Origin: an uncultured Lentisphaerota bacterium
GTDB taxonomy: Bacteria; Verrucomicrobiota; Lentisphaeria; Oligosphaerales; CAJXKU01
Direction of reading: 5' to 3'
NCBI GenBank assembly: GCA_913055945.1
Contig: CAJXKU010000001.1
Span: forward strand, 1-42,760
Length of the DNA stretch: 42,760 nucleotides
A program made the translations under genes and the position numbers. Every line of letters starts with the position of its first letter. Positions within the stretch are counted from its first letter, which is position 1. Of the stretch, positions 39,817 to 42,760 are shown piece by piece. A model generated the notes under the pieces. The model made no database searches and was not told where the DNA came from. It was given only the letters and a program-made list of their open reading frames with translations.

Positions 39817-40074
39817 AAAACGCACCGTCGAGAAAATCCCAGGTGACGGGTTTAACCAAAAAGACAAAGGGGATCGGAAGTTGTGCTCACCTCCTGACAG
39901 GGGGATATCTGCCTTCTGGTCTGTGGAAAGGATGACCTGGAAACCGGAGAAGATAACGTCGAAACACATGTAACCTCCTGTTCGGGCATAGAGGCGAAAC
40001 TCATGTGCTTTGCTTGTAGATAGTTCCCCCGGAACGCTGAGAACATACACAATACTAGAAAAGGAAATCCAGGT

Positions 40075-42760
40075 ATGAAAAGAATATTGGGCATTATTAC
40101 GGGAAGCATCGCTGTCATATCAATGTCATTAACAGCTACAGCGGAGGAGCCCATCGCCCTGACAACGGATATGATCAAAGACACCCTCCTGAGGGTGAAA
40201 ATCGCGGATGGGGAAGAAGTTCTGGACGGCGAGCGTGCCGGAAAGAATTTTAAAGACACCGGCAGGCCACGGATCGGAAAAAGCGACACCGGTCTGTCGC
40301 GTGTGCTTTTACGAATCGATGTCTCCAATCTCAGATTGCTGGACCTGAAAAACATCGACAAAGCTCGCCTTGTTTTAAACTATTCCTATCCCGGCGGGAA
40401 CCCTACCCTCGGGTTATACCGCGTGACTGATCAGGACGCTGACTGGAATCTCGAGCAAGCCACCTGGAAACAGAAAAACAGCGACGAAGAATGGACAGGC
40501 GGCACGGGCGGAGGTGAACCCGGTGCCGGCACGTATGCGGAAGATCCCATCGATACATGCAAAGCAGACAATGGCGGCAAAGTTGAGTTCGAAATTCCGT
40601 CGTCGTTGGTACGCACCTGGATCGAGGGGGACAATGCCGACCAGAAGAATCCGAGTATCATGCTCAGATTTGAAGACAAGGGCAGCGTAAAACTGCAGAC
40701 GCAGGGGTATCCCCCGGGCAGCAGCACGCACTTGTACGTAGACGCCGATTGGAAAGCGGACAAAGCCTTCTATCGCAAGGCATCCGGTAAGCTTTCACTG
40801 TTGGGTGCTCCCGCTGTTGACAAACAATTGATCGACCAAACCCTGCAATCCGCTTTGCAGGAATTCAACCCGAATCTGAGCAAGGTTCCCGCTGATGATA
40901 TTTCCACCCGGTGGTGTCGTTGGTACCCTGGCCAGTATAACGCGTTTAATATCGTCCGGCAGGGTGGCTACGATCTGGCCATTACATCGCGTCAGGATTG
41001 GAAAGAACGGGTTTCGGAAGAACAGAAAAAAGGCCTAACATATGTTCCGGTCGCCAAACAACTGGTTTATCGCGACGGTGATGTCGCGGGCGGTGTTGAA
41101 TATGCGGTTGTGTTCCGGAACGATGCATGGATTCCTCAAGTACATGCCTTTGTGAAAGCCCTCCGCTCTTCGGTTGCTCAGAAGAGGTTGGCCCAGGACA
41201 ACACCTACCTTTTCGCTCCGCTAGACAAAGAACTGCCCTCTTTTGAGCCGCCGTCTTATTGGCGGGAAAAGCCCTGGAAAACGGAAAAGGAGCCTATGAT
41301 GGTTCATGGCGTGGATTTCCACCAGGGGGGCTATTATACCACGGTATTGGCTGAATTGACGAAAATGAAAATGCTGGGCTACAACTCCGTCATGTACGGC
41401 GGTCATCCGGAAAAAGTCATGGAGTGGGCGGATGAGAACGGCATGTTGCTTTCCGGTATGGCCCATGTAACAAAAGAAGATCGGAAAGGTGGACGCTCGC
41501 GTCACGCCGCTGCCGCCAAAAAGATGGCAAAGCATCCCTCTTGCTGGGGAGCATTCCTCGCGAATGAAGATACGGCGACCCACTGGATGGTCAAAATGTA
41601 CCGCGGGGAACTCGGCAAGAACCCCCCCGCCCGTGTCAAGGCCTTCGCCAGGGTGAAATACGGCGGATTTGAAGAATGGGCAAAGCAAAAACATAAAAAT
41701 CTGGAAAAACTGAACGACCGATGGAACACGGATTATAACAGCTGGGCGGACATATTCTTGCCGGATCCCCGGTTGGAGGAAATCGTGGACATTTATGACC
41801 GGATACTCGATCCGGAAGATGTGGGGTACCAGTGGCGCACCCGCCTGGGAGCGCGAGGGATCCGCTATACAATGGCGAAATACCCGGATCTGCTGGACTT
41901 ACATCGCCAGTGCCGCCGCGTCTGGGCCAGTTGGTATGATGAGCGTATAGTGGAAATGCGCGAGTATCTCGGCGATGATTTCCGATATACCGTCAAAGCG
42001 AAACCGCAACCGTACACCCATCGGGCGTCCAAGCAGTTCAACGGCGCCTGTCACGACCACGGCCCGCCGAAGAGTGGAGCGGTGGATCTTCAGATTTTCG
42101 TGGATACAGTGCAGATCGCCAAAGGATGGCCCGTGTGGAATGCGGAGGATCACATATACACCCCGCCGTCCACGCCGCGGCTTGTACGGTTCGATATCTT
42201 TTCCAAATACCTGATGGGGCAGTTCCAGGACACCTCATACTACTGGGGAAGCACCAGCGGCAGAGCCATATCCCGCAAACGCGGCACGGAGCATTATCAG
42301 GCGGAGAAAGAGACGCGCGACAAGATCCGCAGATACGAACCGATCCTCCGGGCGTTCCTGGAGGCACGGGCAAAGGCTGATCTCGCGGTGCTGGTAACCG
42401 AGGGCAACCGCGCATGGGATGAATATGATCCGCGGCCGGAGGAATCGTATCTCGGCGGAGCGATCAAGGCCTATGCCTATATGGGGGCGCTCGGGCGACA
42501 ATGGAAATACGTGCTGGACCGGGACATATCTGCGGAAAGCGTGCAGGACGTGCTGGTCATCGATGCACCGTGGTTGACGGATCAGACGATAGAGCGACTC
42601 AGCAAACTCCCTTCGGACCGACGTCTGATCGCAGTCGGCGAAGTGCCGAACACGAACGAGTATGGGGAACCGCTTCCCGAAGACGCCCTCAACAAAGTGA
42701 AGAAACGCGCCACCGTGATTCAGGACTGGCCCGAACTGAGCGATGTTGTTAAACCGGCGG
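40075..42760 (+). CDS. Secreted GH42-like protein, paralog 3 (3'-truncated by the window end; absent from the ORF track)
   Basis: Translated by eye from ATG 40075 (MKRILGIITGSIAVISMSL...), open to the end; ANED, FEEWAKQKHKNLEKLNDRWNTDY, PVWNAE, RPEESYLGGAIKA; colinear with paralog 2. Confidence 0.85.
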   Translation, partial: MKRILGIITGSIAVISMSLTATAEEPIALTTDMIKDTLLRVKIADGEEVLDGERAGKNFKDTGRPRIGKSDTGLSRVLLRIDVSNLRLLDLKNIDKARLVLNYSYPGGNPTLGLYRVTDQDADWNLEQATWKQKNSDEEWTGGTGGGEPGAGTYAEDPIDTCKADNGGKVEFEIPSSLVRTWIEGDNADQKNPSIMLRFEDKGSVKLQTQGYPPGSSTHLYVDADWKADKAFYRKASGKLSLLGAPAVDKQLIDQTLQSALQEFNPNLSKVPADDISTRWCRWYPGQYNAFNIVRQGGYDLAITSRQDWKERVSEEQKKGLTYVPVAKQLVYRDGDVAGGVEYAVVFRNDAWIPQVHAFVKALRSSVAQKRLAQDNTYLFAPLDKELPSFEPPSYWREKPWKTEKEPMMVHGVDFHQGGYYTTVLAELTKMKMLGYNSVMYGGHPEKVMEWADENGMLLSGMAHVTKEDRKGGRSRHAAAAKKMAKHPSCWGAFLANEDTATHWMVKMYRGELGKNPPARVKAFARVKYGGFEEWAKQKHKNLEKLNDRWNTDYNSWADIFLPDPRLEEIVDIYDRILDPEDVGYQWRTRLGARGIRYTMAKYPDLLDLHRQCRRVWASWYDERIVEMREYLGDDFRYTVKAKPQPYTHRASKQFNGACHDHGPPKSGAVDLQIFVDTVQIAKGWPVWNAEDHIYTPPSTPRLVRFDIFSKYLMGQFQDTSYYWGSTSGRAISRKRGTEHYQAEKETRDKIRRYEPILRAFLEARAKADLAVLVTEGNRAWDEYDPRPEESYLGGAIKAYAYMGALGRQWKYVLDRDISAESVQDVLVIDAPWLTDQTIERLSKLPSDRRLIAVGEVPNTNEYGEPLPEDALNKVKKRATVIQDWPELSDVVKPA

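Noticed and set aside
39890..40005. CTGA and CGAAAC motifs suggesting a hammerhead ribozyme
   Set aside because: No CUGANGA core in the required stem context

Overview
Mostly a bacterial chromosomal segment of moderate GC. The gene content (zinc-ribbon Ser/Thr kinases, secreted GH-like proteins, acidic proteins) suggests a PVC-type organism, possibly Lentisphaerae from a saline habitat; this is an inference. The first ~550 bp are very GC-rich, haloarchaeal-style DNA joined in frame to a bacterial GGDEF gene, most likely a chimeric junction. Housekeeping genes include an NtrC-type regulator, class II FBA, cysQ, a DegT aminotransferase, a UDP-glucuronate epimerase, PTS enzyme I, an M18 aminopeptidase, tmk-holB, rph, larE, and a PhnP-like hydrolase-rsmA-HAD run. 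Accessory content includes a lower-GC type II RM pair (beta-class MTase plus BglII/BstYI-family REase), an intact-looking membrane Ser/Thr kinase, a degenerate kinase-TPR-WD40 protein, and an AraC/GH4 pair with a 21-bp-spaced direct-repeat operator. The most novel-looking part is at 32-42.8 kb: three paralogous secreted GH42-like (clan GH-A) proteins. Each carries what looks like a single-lobe PstS/ModA-type binding-protein module, and two also have a DNRLRE-like domain. The third paralog is missing from the ORF track because it runs off the window. Several intergenic regions fold by eye into long nested stems. No CRISPR array, tRNA, rRNA or transposase was recognised. All family calls are from motif recognition by eye, not database searches.
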